A stretch of DNA of 64,000 nt from positions 552,504-616,503 of the forward strand of contig MU056050.1 in assembly GCA_013239625.1 (NCBI GenBank), read 5' to 3'. The stretch's first letter is position 1; each line of letters begins with the position of its first letter. Under the pieces are notes generated by a model. The model did no database searches, was not told the origin of the DNA, and saw only the letters and a list, made by a program, of their open reading frames with translations. The position numbers and the translations under genes were made by a program. Below, piece by piece: positions 25,340-38,120 of this stretch. The stretch is from Lama guanicoe. Lineage: Eukaryota.

Positions 25340-25745
25340 AGAGATTGAAGAATTACTTTTGATTGAAGGAGGTGGAGGTGCTATAAATACATGTCTAGAC
25401 ACTCCTTTTAAAACTTCCATCTCTGCATCATTAATAAACTCATTAATGAGGGCCCTGTTCACAAATCTATTATCAACTCTAATCATTTGTGTGTTTGAAT
25501 CAAGGTCTTCTGCCTTCATTAGTGTCATTAATACTTGTCAGCAAATGATAATGTGGGAGAATCGCATGACTTTATATGCATTTCCAGAGTGGAGACCCAA
25601 ACCCAGCCAGTATTGCTGCATGACAACAGCTGTAACAAATGGCCGTCCTTCCCAGGAGAAGTGTAAACAGGTCGCTAATTAATGCATTTACCATTAGCCT
25701 GTGTTTAGTCCTCAATCATAGCATATTCATTCATTATGTTGGAAC
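25340..25745. promoter_or_regulatory. Candidate conserved enhancer-like block
   Basis: No recognisable repeat; many TAAT/ATTA cores, GTCTAGAC, CTCATTAATGAG palindrome, CAGCTG, GTAAACA. Confidence 0.45.
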
Positions 25746-26349
25746 ACCAAGTACCATGTTGTTGTGGAAATGAGATATTTGTACAGTCTCCTTAGATCCA
25801 CATGACAGATTGAGTTATCCACCTATTTTTCTCTCAGCTCTTTCCCAGATACCAGAGAGTATACAAATGACCTTGGAGAAGGTCCTACTTTATTACCAGC
25901 CTTCTGATGTAAATTTCATAATGGCTTGACAGTTAAATATGTGCAATGAAAATCAGTCCTTGGTGTGTGTGTAGTGGGGGGAGGGCAAAGTTGGGGGGTA
26001 TTAAAGAGGAAAGCAGAAAATAAATTCTAACTTTTAGGAGATGTGATATAATGGCAGGGGATTTAAATCAAAATTAGAAGTGGAGTGGTACGAGAGGTTT
26101 GTTGCATCTGAAAGACTGAAATATAGACTGATGGTCAACCCCTTTCGCTCAGGTACACAAAATGACTAACAGTTCTCAAAGAAAGATACAGTTAGGAGAA
26201 ACTTTTCTTTCTTCTAGCTGGTGACTCTAAATTCCCTAAATCCTTAGATAAAAGCTTCAGATAAAGAATGGGGGCATCAAGGAAGCCTGATCATGCCTTG
26301 GCCATATATTCTATATGTTGACCACAAATATAGTTCTTAATCACTGGCC

Positions 26350-27185
26350 ACCCATTCATTTATTTAACAATATTTATTGAGCAACATTTGGAGCCAGGCA
26401 CTGTGCTATCTATTTGGGATACAAAGATGAAAAATATTCCAGGTCTCCCTTCCAGAAACTCAGGAGACAAACTGACAATACAGTATGGTTATCATAAAGA
26501 ACACATGTACTTTGATGATTTTATGTCCAGGATGCTATGAGAGCACATGGGAGGGATTCTTCCATGGAAAGCTGAAGGAGGTTTCATAGAAGAGATGACA
26601 TTTGAGCTGAGTCTTATAGGATAAGTAGGAATTTTTGAAAGAGGACAGGAGGAGGCATATGTCAGGCAGAGGGAACAGGATGTGCAAAAGTAGAAAGACA
26701 TTAAACAATGTACTGTGTTTATGGAATGGTAAGAAATTCAGAGTGACCGAAGCATTGTCTGCATAGGGGCTAGGAGTGATGAGCGATGTTAAGTTGTATA
26801 AGAGGCAGATGAGGGCCAGATAGAGTAGAGTCTTATTTGTCATACTAAGAGGTTTTGGACTTTTTCAGGGAATAAAGAGTTAATGGAAGCATGACATAGC
26901 TAGGTTGGTTTTTTAGATTACCTTGGTAGCATTGTGGAGGAGGGACTGGAGTGGGGAGAGTTTGGGGACAAGGAGAGTGGTCAGGAGTTTGATGAAGTAA
27001 TCTACACAAGTGATAGGAGGGTCTGAACTAAAACAGGAACATTAAAGAGGGAAAGGAGGTTTGAATTTAAGAATCTAAGGGATATTTGAGTAATTCAGTT
27101 AATAGCACTAGTGACCAAGTAAATGGCGGCAGGGGTTGGGGGTGGTTAGTGAGAATGAAGAGTCAAGATGTCCTCAAGGTTACCT
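26350..27185 (-). mobile_element. L2 LINE fragment (~0.8 kb)
   Basis: cattcatttatttaacaatatttattgagcaac...gaaggaggtttcatagaagagatgacatttgagctgagtctt...ttttagattaccttggtagcattgtggagg. Confidence 0.9.
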
Positions 27186-29239
27186 TACTTTCAGAGATAC
27201 TTGAGAGCTATGTTACTGCGGTATATAGTTATCAGTGTGCAGATGGAGAAACTGAGGCATGAGGATTTTATAATTTGTCATGTCAGGATTAATAACTCTC
27301 AGGGTTTTAGGGCCTTTAATAGACCTACTTCTTTCCTAGAAGAGTAGCCTTTTCTAGGGTTGTGAGAGAAACTTCTTTTTCTTAAGGTTGTACACCTAAA
27401 TCTCAACCTGGTGTGAATGGAAACGCCTATGTTATTTGGTCCTTTCTGTTATTTACATTCAGGAATAGAGCAGTTTTTTCTTGTGCTTTCTGTTTAAGCC
27501 ACATCTGCATGATGGTCAAATGTACAATTAAATTGTGATGAATTGAGCCAGTGAAGTGGAAAGAGTGCTGGATTGGGAGTCAGGGGACATCAAGTCCAAT
27601 CCTAGTTCTTTCACTAAATAGCTGCTTGAGTTTGGGAGGGTGTTTAATCAATGTAGATCTCAATATTCGTATCTCTAGCATAATAATCAAGCCTTAATAT
27701 TTGGTTTATTTCTGTGTCTATGATTCGTTCTGTGACCTATGTGATGTAATGCTAAATAACTTGGCTAGAAAAATACTCACCCACCAAATCATCCATCCAA
27801 AAATACAGTCCTGTTGCTTTGCTGAAATGACCCAAACATCCGGTGATTTGGGTGATGGCAATTCAGAGGTGAGGTATTCCATCTCTCTGATATAGTACCT
27901 CCCTCCTGGCTTAATTGGTTTTAATCCCAATTCCTATCTCCAGATTCAACCTGCTTCTTATTTTATATTGACTATTAAACACCATAAGGATGTTAAAAAG
28001 AAATTTGTGGATTGGCCTAGATCCCTGTGTTCCCTCAAATCAGCCGCTCCAGCCAGTAGAAGGGTAAGGAAAGCTGAAATATTATGAGCTGTCTCCTGGC
28101 TACCTGTAGGCAAAGATGTGGTGCCATTTTTTTCAGTTCTAGACAACTTTATTCCTGCTGTATCAGGGACAAAATGCTGCCACACCTAGGTGCTTTTGAG
28201 AACGTTGCTTCCTTCTTTGGGTTTTGGTTTATCTATCTGTATGAAAAAGATAGTGATACATGTCTGCTCTTCATTACCCTGACAAGGTTATGATGTTGAA
28301 AGAGGTCATATGGATGAAGAAGTTCAAGTTGAAAAAAGGAATGGTAGATGAGTTTCAATTCATGTGCTCCCCTGGTTGTCTGGGCTCAGGTGGAAAGAGT
28401 AACTGCTATGGATGTAGAGTTGGAAGTGGCTGAACACAGCACCTGTGCCAGTGGTGGGACAGATAAGTCATTGGAAGCAAGTGAGGAAGCTTCAGGGCTC
28501 TTTGAGCCAAAAGGCAAAGGATGCTTAGCTTGGTCTGCTTTATCCTCTCCTTCATAAATTGCAGTTCAGTTCAATCACCACACAGCATTTTGCCCTCAGA
28601 GTCAGGTGCTGAGTGAAAAAGCTACTTTTGATTGGGTGGCTTCCTCTGGTCAATTGAAAAGACTCCAAACAGGGCTGTTAGAAAAATGAACTACGTTTTT
28701 GTTTTTTTTTTTGGTGGGGGGAAGTGGCACATGGGGTCCAGTCTACAGAGAACCAGTCAGAGCCCCTCTTCCCCTTTGGCTCAGAGTGAGACAGGGCAGC
28801 AAAGGCGTTAGGGATTTGCTGACCCCATAGTATCCCTGTGAGAGAGAGACAAATTTAAGGCAGTAGGCAGTGGTTTAGGAAGGAAAACTCCAGAAGGAGC
28901 TGAATAACCACATGTGACCTGAGGGCATACAGGCGGACTGTGTGATGTCTACGAAGCCTGAGGGTCAGTCTACACAGGAAAGCATACTTTTAGGACAATG
29001 AGGAGAGAAGAGTTTTTAAAAAAGCTTCTATTGAAGTATAAGATACATATAGAGGAATGTATATTTCATAAATACCCAGCTTGATGCAAGTTCATGAAAT
29101 GAAAACCAGCCATAAGAGCTACTGTTTTGGATTCATAGAGTGCTATTCAGGGGCCTTGATGCGTCATGTGACTTCATTCATCCTAGTATCCTCCATTGTG
29201 GAGCGCTGTGGCTGGCCTTTGAGTGTCAGGGTGTTATTC

Positions 29240-29500
29240 AGTTGAAACTAAAATGGGATTTGGTATCAGGAAGCCAGGGTCCAAATTCTTGATCCACTAC
29301 AATGTTGCTGTGTGACCTTGGGCAAGTCTTTTCACTTCTCAGAGTCTTAATTTCCTTATCTGTAAAACACAATCAGTGACAATTCCTATATTATCTAGGG
29401 GGTCTAATGTAGCTACAGTCATGAAAACATCTTTGAAAAATTTAAAGTGTCATTTTTCCAGTGTCTAGCACAGTACCTGCCACACGGTAGGTTTTTGAAT
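29240..29500 (+). mobile_element. MIR SINE
   Basis: gctgtgtgaccttgggcaagtcttttcacttctcagagtcttaatttccttatctgtaaaa. Confidence 0.85.
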
Positions 29501-32400
29501 GAGGAGCATATAATAAGTCTCAACAATATTTGCCAAAGCGTTTCAAAGGTAATTTGACTCAGTGCACACCCAAGGCTGCCTTTCAGGCAATTTCCCTCAA
29601 GAACATTAAGGGTCAATTCAATCACCCTCAATCTTTCAGCTTTATATTCCTCTTTGCTTAAAGGAAAGGAAATTTATTCAGTGGGAATAAAAATACAAAT
29701 ACAACAAGGCAAGATCTTAGAATCCCATGGTGTTATGATAGGACTATAGTTTGAGATGGCTAGACATGTTTTTCTTTTTACTTTATAGTATTCCCCTGTG
29801 GCCCCTGATGCTTATCTGTAATACCTTGGAGTATAATATTTAGACAGTTGCTAGGCCTCGCTGTCTCCATGGAGACAAGGATAGATTTGTGAGTGTGCTA
29901 GTTATTCCAAGTGACTAACTGCAGCAGACCGTTTAGCTAACCTTTTCTCTTTTTTTTTTGCAGTTCAGACGTCCTGAGAAAGCCTACTGTACTGCATGAC
30001 TTGTATGGGATTCACTTTGTAAAATATCTTCCTTCCTGAATTCAGTTTCCTTTGCCTTGGGGAGAGTGCAATTTGTTTATAGGAATTACTGCTTCTTGCT
30101 TGGAAACACTTTCTTGGTAAAAATGAAGCTATTTGCATATAGGAGGATTTCCAAGCCTCAGTGCCCCTCCAAGCTCCTCCAAGAAGATGTTCAGTGGAAC
30201 AAAGGCAAATGAGAAATGTGCTTGACTAAGAATTGCCCCGGTATGCAAGACACTCCGGAGCCTGGAAAGTCTTTCCCTCATTAGAGTAAAGCAGTAGACC
30301 GAAGCCATAGTACCTCATGGGTTCTCCATCTCACAGAGCTTATTCTGGCCAGGAGAAAGTGGCCTACTTATGATGGTGGTTGACAGAACCAAAATGAGAG
30401 AGAGAATGTGGGACAATTACCCTCTGCAACAAATCCCTCTGAAAGTGGGAAGCTGACAGCAGGTGATGCCATCAATACAGGCTTTGGCTTTCAAAGCCAG
30501 CCCTTCATCTCCTGGTCCAATACCTTCTCTTTCCCTTCTCTCGGGCTTCCCTTGATATTCCCCCCAGAAGCAGAGCAAGTATGGCTCTGTAGGATCCCAA
30601 TTACCCTGGCCTTCAGCTTGAATATAGGCAGGCTGAGTTTGGTGGAGTGAAGTTCAAGAGTCTGGGAGCTTTGATAAAAATTTTTAATAGAGTCAAAGCT
30701 CTAATATTAATCGTAGTAATCTTGAATTTGTAATAACTCAGAGGGCTGGCCTGACAGTTACTTTTTTTTAGCAATGTATTCAAAAAGAACTTTATTATGG
30801 AAACTGTTAAACATGCACAAAAATAGTGAGACTACTGTAATGAACCTCAATGTGCCCGTCACCCAGCTTCAACATTTATTTACCATTTTGCCAATATTAG
30901 CAAAATTTTTCTTCATGCAGAGTTTCATCTTGGTTTTGTGTAGGTTTCATCAGGTTTTAATGCCCTGAAGACTTTAAATTATCTTAAGAAACTGTAAATA
31001 GTTTAGAAGCTCCCCTTTACGTAGTAGTAACTGATATATCAATTACAAATAATTCCTAATTGTTCATTAAATAGGTCTCTCAGGGTCATTCTGGGACAAC
31101 ACTTCCGTAAAGCATTTTGAGTCCAGCTTGAGTTGTTTTTCTTTGAGAGTAATAACACTGCATTTCTTTGAAATTTTCCTATTTGGATTCTTCCCTGGTT
31201 CACGCTGACCTCATCATTACTGTCTTCCCTAGGTACTATCAGTTCCCAAAGAGGGCTGATAAATTTAAGGAAGAGGGCGTTTGCAGCCCTGAGTTCTGTG
31301 TGATAGCCGAGCTCTTCCTGTGGAGGCACAATCGCTTAAGGCCAGTATTTCAGGCTGGATCACAGGAAGCCATTGGCTGGTTTGTCCTAGAATAAACAAA
31401 GAGGAGTGTGAATGGGGCCTAAATGAGATAGTGTTTGTCTCTTAGCCCTCCAGGAAAGCACTGAGTCAGACTATCCAAAGGGCATGAAATCAGTCTGGAT
31501 TGTTGGAGTGGATGATTCAGTTCTAAGCTGCTTAGACTAAAAACATGGTTATTTCTCTGTCATCAACCAGGTTTATTATGTTTTGTGTGAAGCAAAGCTA
31601 ATATGCTTGAAAGCACTTGAAAGCGCTTGAAGCTGTCCAAGCTCCTAAAAATGTATACACAACCTGGTATAAGTGCTTGGTCTATCTGAGGCCTATCTCT
31701 GAGTGCTTCAGAGCTGTAAACTCCTTGCCTGTGGAAGAGAAAATGTCCCCTCTCATCTTTCACTTCGTTCGTATGGCAGCGGCGTAAGGAAACTAGGCAA
31801 ACAAAGCATTTTTACCACTTCATTTGTCTTTTCCACAGTTCCACTCACTCTAGCTGTCATAGGCTGGTGCTTAGCATTTCTGTTAGAGTCAGCTTCCTTA
31901 AGCCTGCATAAAGGATGAGAGAACCGTGCTGTTCCTCCATCCCTCTTGGAGGAGGAACTTTGGGTTAATCATAATACTTGACCGCGAAACCCATCTACAA
32001 ATCTCAGGGGGAAAGTCAGCTTCCCACGGGCCCCGGGTGTGATGGGGTATGTAGTTGGTGTCTCTAGGGTCTGAGTTAGTGTGGCTGCAAATCAATTAAG
32101 CTCAGCACTTTCAAAACCGTTTTCTCTCATGCAGGTGACGAAGAATCCCACGTGTGATGTGAGTTTGAAAGGAAAAAGCATCTGTGTAAATTGGGTCTTG
32201 GAGGGTCCTATAAGACCTTTATTTTGTGGAGATAAATGATTCTCTCATTGCTCCCTACCCTCTCATCTTTTCCCTTGTTTGATACTGGCTGAATTTGGAA
32301 GTAGGACAAGGGTATCAATAAGAAACAGGTAATTCCCTTCTGTTTAAATGTGTAAGCCTTGCGATAAGAGCAGTACTCAACTGGAATGCTTGCAGGTTTC

Positions 32401-32441
32401 TTTTTTTCCTTTCCTTTCCTTTCCTTTCCTTCCTTCCTTCT
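32401..32441. repeat. (TTTCC)n/(TTCC)n microsatellite
   Basis: tttcctttcctttcctttcctttccttccttccttc. Confidence 0.9.
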
Positions 32442-32856
32442 CAAACAAACTCATAGAAAAAGAGATCAGATTTGTGGTTACCAGAGATGACGGTGGGGGG
32501 AGGAGGAATTGGATGAAGGCACTCAAAGGTACAAACTTCCAGTCATAAGATAAATAAGTACTAGGGATGTAATGTACAACATGAAAACACTAGTTAACAC
32601 TGCTGTGTGTTGTATATGAACATTATTAAGAGAGTAAATCCTACGAGTTCTCATCACAAGGAAAAATATGTTTTTTTCTATTTCCTTAATTATGTATCTA
32701 TATGAGATGATGGATGGTCACTAAACTTGTGCTAATAATTTAATGATGTATGTCAGTCAAACAATTATGCTGTACACCTGAAACTTATACAGTGCTGTAT
32801 GTCAATTATATCTCCATAAAACTGGAAGAAACCACCCCCTCTAAAAAAAAAAAGAA
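32442..32856 (+). mobile_element. L1 3' UTR fragment (laurasiatherian/L1MA9-like) with A tail
   Basis: aaactcatagaaaaagagatcagatttgtggttaccagag...atgctgtacacctgaaacttatacagtgctgtatgtcaattatatctc...aaaaaaaaaaag. Confidence 0.9.
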
Positions 32857-34409
32857 AGTTTTACTAGTAATGACTGTTGGTTTCAAAGCCATGTTTTACA
32901 GCACCTATCCATTCAGATTTCTTTATCATTTATTCAGTCTTTATCATTTCAATGTGGCAACTGTTCCCCATCTTCAAAAGATATTTTTAGATACCCAGGC
33001 CCAGACACTTCTTATTTCAGGGGCTGGAAAGGGAGAGGGAAAACATATTGGGAAGGTGATGGTGCTCTGTTTATATTTTTCAGGCCTGAGATTCTCTTCT
33101 AGTTCTTTCTCTTCATTTTCTGACAACATCCAAAGGGTGGCTGGGACCCATGGTCGGAGGATCAGGCCAGACCTCTTTCCTGAACTTCTTGGTTTGCCCA
33201 CTTCAGGTGCTGTCTGTTGCACACAGGGTGCTTTCTCCTTCTCCCCAGCTGCTGTCCAGTATGAATCAACATTTTCTCATCCGTCCCATTGCCCCTCTGA
33301 AGTGAGACAGACTCTTGAGAGTTGCACGTCTTACTTTACATTCTGGGAGGACCTCAGGGCATCAGTGTACATTAGCTGATGTATCATCTATTGGTCGTGA
33401 GGAGGAATGCCCTTAAAGGAAGGGATGATTCCGTTAACTTCAGGGCCTCTCTCATTCCTTACATATCATGCTTCAGTATAAGTAAATAGAGTTGTTCCCA
33501 AAGAGAGCAATCCAACACAGTTGTTTTGTTTTCCCTTCAAGATGGAGGTGTTACTATTTATTTATGTTGGGGGTGGGGGATGAGGGAGGAATGTAAGGAA
33601 ATCTGGAAATTCCTTTAATGAAATCAGACTCATTTATTTTCCAGGGTTAGTACTGAAAGGGAGGATGTCCATGTAGGGAGGGCCAGCTGGATCTTTGAGC
33701 CCTCAGTTTTCTTCCTCTTAGTAGATCACTTACTCTCTTAGGATCTGTCTTGCTCCTGCATTGGCCTGAATCTTAGGTTCTCAAAAATGGTCAAAGAGCC
33801 TGGATTGCAGTTTCAGTGCTCTCATTAACTACCTGTGGGGCCCTGGGCAGCGCCCTTTTCCTTAGTCTGCTCATCTGTAAAACTGAGTGGTTGACATAGA
33901 TTCCTTCAAGCTTTCTGGCTCTTGCTTTCTGCTTCTAAGTCCATGACTCTCCTGCTCATGTCCCATGGAGGGCATCACTGAGTTCCCCAGAGACTGGTCC
34001 ACAGGTATTCTGTATCATCCATGCAAACAGTGAAGTCTTTTTGAGCTTGTTTTCTCTATTTTGGGGCTGTAAATATAATCAATAAAATGAATTATTTCAG
34101 ATCGCTAACTGTAAACCTAGTTTCCTAAATGAAAAACAAACAACCAAGTTTTGGAAGAAAAGGGAAAAACCATTGGGGCTTAATACTGTGAATCAGGTTC
34201 CTTGGGGAATGGCATCCCAAGGGGAATGTCTAAGCCCAGCACTGAAATGAGCAGGAGCAGAGAAATCACTGTGTTTTCCTTCAGAGACTGAATAGCTTTT
34301 CCTCCAGGAAGTCCTGGGAAGAAGAGGTCCTCCTCCAGGATACATCAGCCATAGTTGTAGAGTAAGTGGAACTGCATCATGCAAGACAGGCTTGGGAACG
34401 TTGAGTGAG

Positions 34410-34826
34410 CGGCACCTTCCTTTGTGCTCCCATACCACATATTCTGTTCAGCCCTTTTCCCACTGCCTTGGGGTTATTGGGTGGATGTCTCCCTCAAGTC
34501 GCTCATGAGCTCCTAGAGTTCCTGGAATAGGAGTAAGTGTTGCAAGCAGCTCAGTAACTCCAGCATCTGGCCCAGGGCCGGGCACATGGTAGGTGTTCAA
34601 GGAGTCTCTTCTAAGACACCTACTCTGATTCCATGGGCTGGAACTCCACAGCTCTCACAGCACCCCGCACTGCCTTTTGTCTGGCAGAGTACTGACCATG
34701 CTGTATTCTAGGTGCCACTGATTGGCATCTTTGCTCCGCTACATTGAGATTTTGCTTGAGATGGTGTGTTTCTTTGTTGCCATAGCGACTGGCACAGAGG
34801 AGGTACTAAATAAATGTTTGTTTGAA
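34410..34826 (+). mobile_element. Two tandem L2 3'-end fragments
   Basis: ccagggccgggcacatggtaggtgttcaa and ggcacagaggaggtactaaataaatgtttgtttgaa. Confidence 0.65.
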
Positions 34827-35757
34827 AGTTGACTTTATTGTGGCAAAGACCCAAATGTTTACTTTGAAGCCCCTCCCTCCAGCCTTGTAGGGTGCCTAGA
34901 AAAGTACCTTTTGCAGCATTTTGCTAAATATTTTGTCCTTGTCATTCACTTAATCCCCATTATTTGAGAGCTTGTTATACATCTACACTGTACCAGGAAC
35001 AGTCCCTACACAGAGATGAGTCAGACCCGTCCTGCCTTGGCAAGAAAGCTTTTATAGGTGAGGGACATCCAGAATTAAAACAATGTCACTAGAAACTGTG
35101 CAAAATCTTAATGCCAACACAGGAACTTTAATCAGATAGTCTTGAACTGTGCACACAAGACTTCCCTCTTCTCCCTTCATTCCTCCCTGTATTCTATTCC
35201 TGGCTGTTTTTCTACATCTGTCGTTCTCCTGTGGGTTTTCAGCCTTCAGACTGGAAGCCGCAGTGTTGCAGCCTCCAGCGACATCAGCAACCTAGAGCCT
35301 TTCTGCTGAGAATTGCAGCGTCAGCTCTCATTGAGGACTGTTCATTTAAGATACCATCAAACTAAATTCTTGCCTAAGAGTTGTAGTAGGGACTTGCTAG
35401 TAATGTCTTCCTCTTTCATTTTATAACTTGATTAGGCACCAGAGCTGATTAGATAAGTTTTTGTTTGTTTGTTTTTTGTTTTATTTCTTTTTTTTTAAAT
35501 AACAATGTTTATTTCAGCCCTGGAATCTTTAGGGAATTTTTTTTCAAAGGCTGTTACGTAGCATTTGCTTTGGTAGATATGTCAGTTATGCTTTGTTGTT
35601 ATTGTTTTCCATTGTTAGACTAAATAACAATTATCTTACCAGATCACATTGCCAATTCTACATCTTGTACCAAAAGAATATGAACTTTCCCCACTTAGAC
35701 ACTGTAAGTGCTGGATTATTTTTGTTTCTGAAAAGGTTTGCCAAATATTCTAGATGT

Positions 35758-36350
35758 AGTATTGCATTGGTTGGAGTGCATGCTAGCTGCTGCGACAGAT
35801 GAACCCTGAAATTTTAGTGGCTTAAGCCATTAAAGTTTCATTTCTACTTGTATCACTTCTCCAAGTAGTGAACGCAGACCTCTTTCATAACCTGGCACTC
35901 CCAAGGTTGCCCTAGGGTTTATCTTCATTCCAGCTGTAAAGAGAAAATGACATGGAGGATATTGTATAGGAGGTTCTTCAATGGGTCAGGACTAGAGATT
36001 TTTTTTTTCAAACTTAAAAATATTTTTGGGGGGGAAGGTAGTTAGGTTATTTATTTATTTATGTAAAATATATATTTATTTATTTTTGTTTATGTTTGTT
36101 TGAGGGGAGGTAATTAGGTTTATTTATTTACTTACTCATTTTAATGGAGGTACTGGGGATTGAACCCAGGGCCTCATGCCTGCTAAACATGTGCTCTACC
36201 ACTGAGCTACACCCTCCCCACCAAGGACTGGAGATATTATATATCACTTTGGTTCATATTCCATATTGGGCAAAAATCAATCATCTGGGGATTTACCATA
36301 GGGGACATGGTAGATATGGTTTAGATGTATGCCCAGGAAGAAAGGGAAAC
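35758..36350 (-). mobile_element. MaLR (MLT1-type) LTR interrupted by a vic-1 SINE
   Basis: gctagctgctgcgacagatgaaccctgaaattttagtggcttaagccattaaagtttcatttc...atcactttggttcatattccatattgggcaaaa. Confidence 0.65.
36000..36223 (-). mobile_element. Camelid tRNA-Ala-derived SINE (vic-1 type) with duplicated tail module
   Basis: Reverse strand GGGGAGGGTGTAGCTCAGTGGTAGAGC...CCTGGGTTCAATCCCCAGTACCTCCA (A and B boxes, tRNA-Ala-AGC-like); TSD aggactagagat (35988-35999)/aggactggagat (36224-36235). Confidence 0.93.
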
Positions 36351-36879
36351 ATATTTTCATATTTTCAACACATAATATCTATAACAAGTACCTTCAGGGA
36401 GACCACTAGGAAGCTAATCCATTCCTTTCATACATGTCTTCCCCGCATTGGTGCAACAGAGCCACTGGGAACAGATACATAGTCTCCCACTTCTGTCCTC
36501 TTTTGAGATGCGCCATTAGCTCTCAGGCAGAAGGAGCTAGACCCTAACCTGATCAATTGTAAAGGATTATTGATCCAGAAGTCAAGAATCATTCACTGAA
36601 TGCCATCTTAGGGAATGTTAAATCCCTAAAGGAACTTATGCCACCTGCAGTTTGCCCTTTACCTTTTCCTCACAGGTTTGCCTATAGGTGCGGAAACTGG
36701 GATCTCTCTCCAGTTCTTGCTGAAAGGAGACACCTAGTTGTGTTCTGAAGTATCAGCAAGCCAGAGCCAGGACCTGATATGTGACATCATCAGAATATTT
36801 ACGAAGCAATTAACATGTGCCGAGTACTTGCTGAGAGCTGGGGATGTACAGATGAATACGATGATCAAAACTAGCAATG

Positions 36880-37680
36880 AGGGATCCTTTTTCTCTGATA
36901 ATGTTGGCAAAATTTAAAAGGCTGACAACAGCAAGCCAACACACAAGGATGTAGGGAAATGACAACTCTTGAACAAAGCCGATGGGCATAAACATTGGTA
37001 CAGCTAAAGACTCCCATACCCTACAATCCAGAAGTTCTACGTCTAGATCTCTTTATTAAAGTAGTACTTACACATATACACCAAGAAATATGGAATGAAG
37101 CATGTTTGTTGTGCCTTTTTTTTGTACTAGCAAAATGTTGGAAACAACCTAAATGTTCATCAACAGGGGAATGGTTAAATAAAATGGGGTACATCTATAG
37201 AGTGGATTATTATACAGCAATTAAAAGGAATTAACCAGATATATTTATCAGCATGGATCTATTTCAATTGAATGAAAGAAATAAATGGCAGAATGAAGTA
37301 CACTGCCACATGACATTTCAAATATGATGTGCAAGCCAATACTATATGTTTTATATGGTTACAGATATGTCTGTAAAGGTATAAAAAAGACTGGAAGGAT
37401 ACATATCTAACTCATACTAGTGTTTGATTACGTTTGGAAAGGCAGGGGGCACTAGAGCATTGAGGGTAGAGGTCAAGGAGACATTTGGCTTTACCTATAA
37501 TATTCTATTCCAAAATAGTGTGAACAGCATTTTCATAAATTATTTTTAAAGGAAATAAATAGAAGACGATTGGAAGCAAAAGTGCCAAAATGTCAGTGAT
37601 GGTTACTTGTGGCTGTTAGAAACATAAATGATTGTTGTATTATTTTCTTGTACTTTTCTGTATGTTTTAAATTTACCAAC
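36880..37680 (+). mobile_element. Ancient L1 (L1ME-type) ORF2 end and 3' UTR
   Basis: ORF 36995-37234 ...AKCWKQPKCSSTGEWLNKMGYIYRVDYYTAIKRN is the L1 ORF2p terminus. Confidence 0.85.
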
Positions 37681-37719
37681 AACAAGACAAACAACCACAA
37701 AATCCCATTGTTTGTGACT

Positions 37720-38120
37720 TCAAAGACCTTGCTCTTGAATGGGGAAGACAGGCCGGTAAACAGACACATAAACAGGTGAAGAGTTCAGGGTCCTGAGAGA
37801 GCAGAGAGGAGAGGCTCCTAACTTGGACGCAGGGGTCTGAGAAAAGAAGAAGAAGCCAGTGACTGAGGCCTTGAAGATCAAGTGTGAACTTTCTAAGTCA
37901 AGGAGCTACATCCTGTGACTTTCCAGGCCAAGGAAAGAGTGTAAGCAATGGAGTGGAGATAAAAAGTCTCCTGGTGTATGAGGAAACTTCAACTGGTTTT
38001 GTCTGTCTTAAGAACAAATTGTCAAGTGGGGCGGGCGGGGGTGGCATGGGAGATGAGGTAATGTAGGCATGTAAGGAGCAGAGGGCTTCAATAAGAAGCT
38101 TGGACTTTTCCTTACTATAA
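37720..38120 (-). mobile_element. L2 fragment
   Basis: ttccaggccaaggaaagagtgtaagcaatggagtggag...aagaagcttggacttttcct. Confidence 0.6.

Noticed and set aside
29962..29972. AGTTCAGACGT resembles part of an Illumina adapter
   Set aside because: Only 11 nt match and both flanks diverge; coincidence
32750..33379. Longest ORF (209 aa, +)
   Set aside because: Starts inside an L1 3' UTR and reads through its poly(A) tail (KKKKK); no recognisable domain; chance ORF
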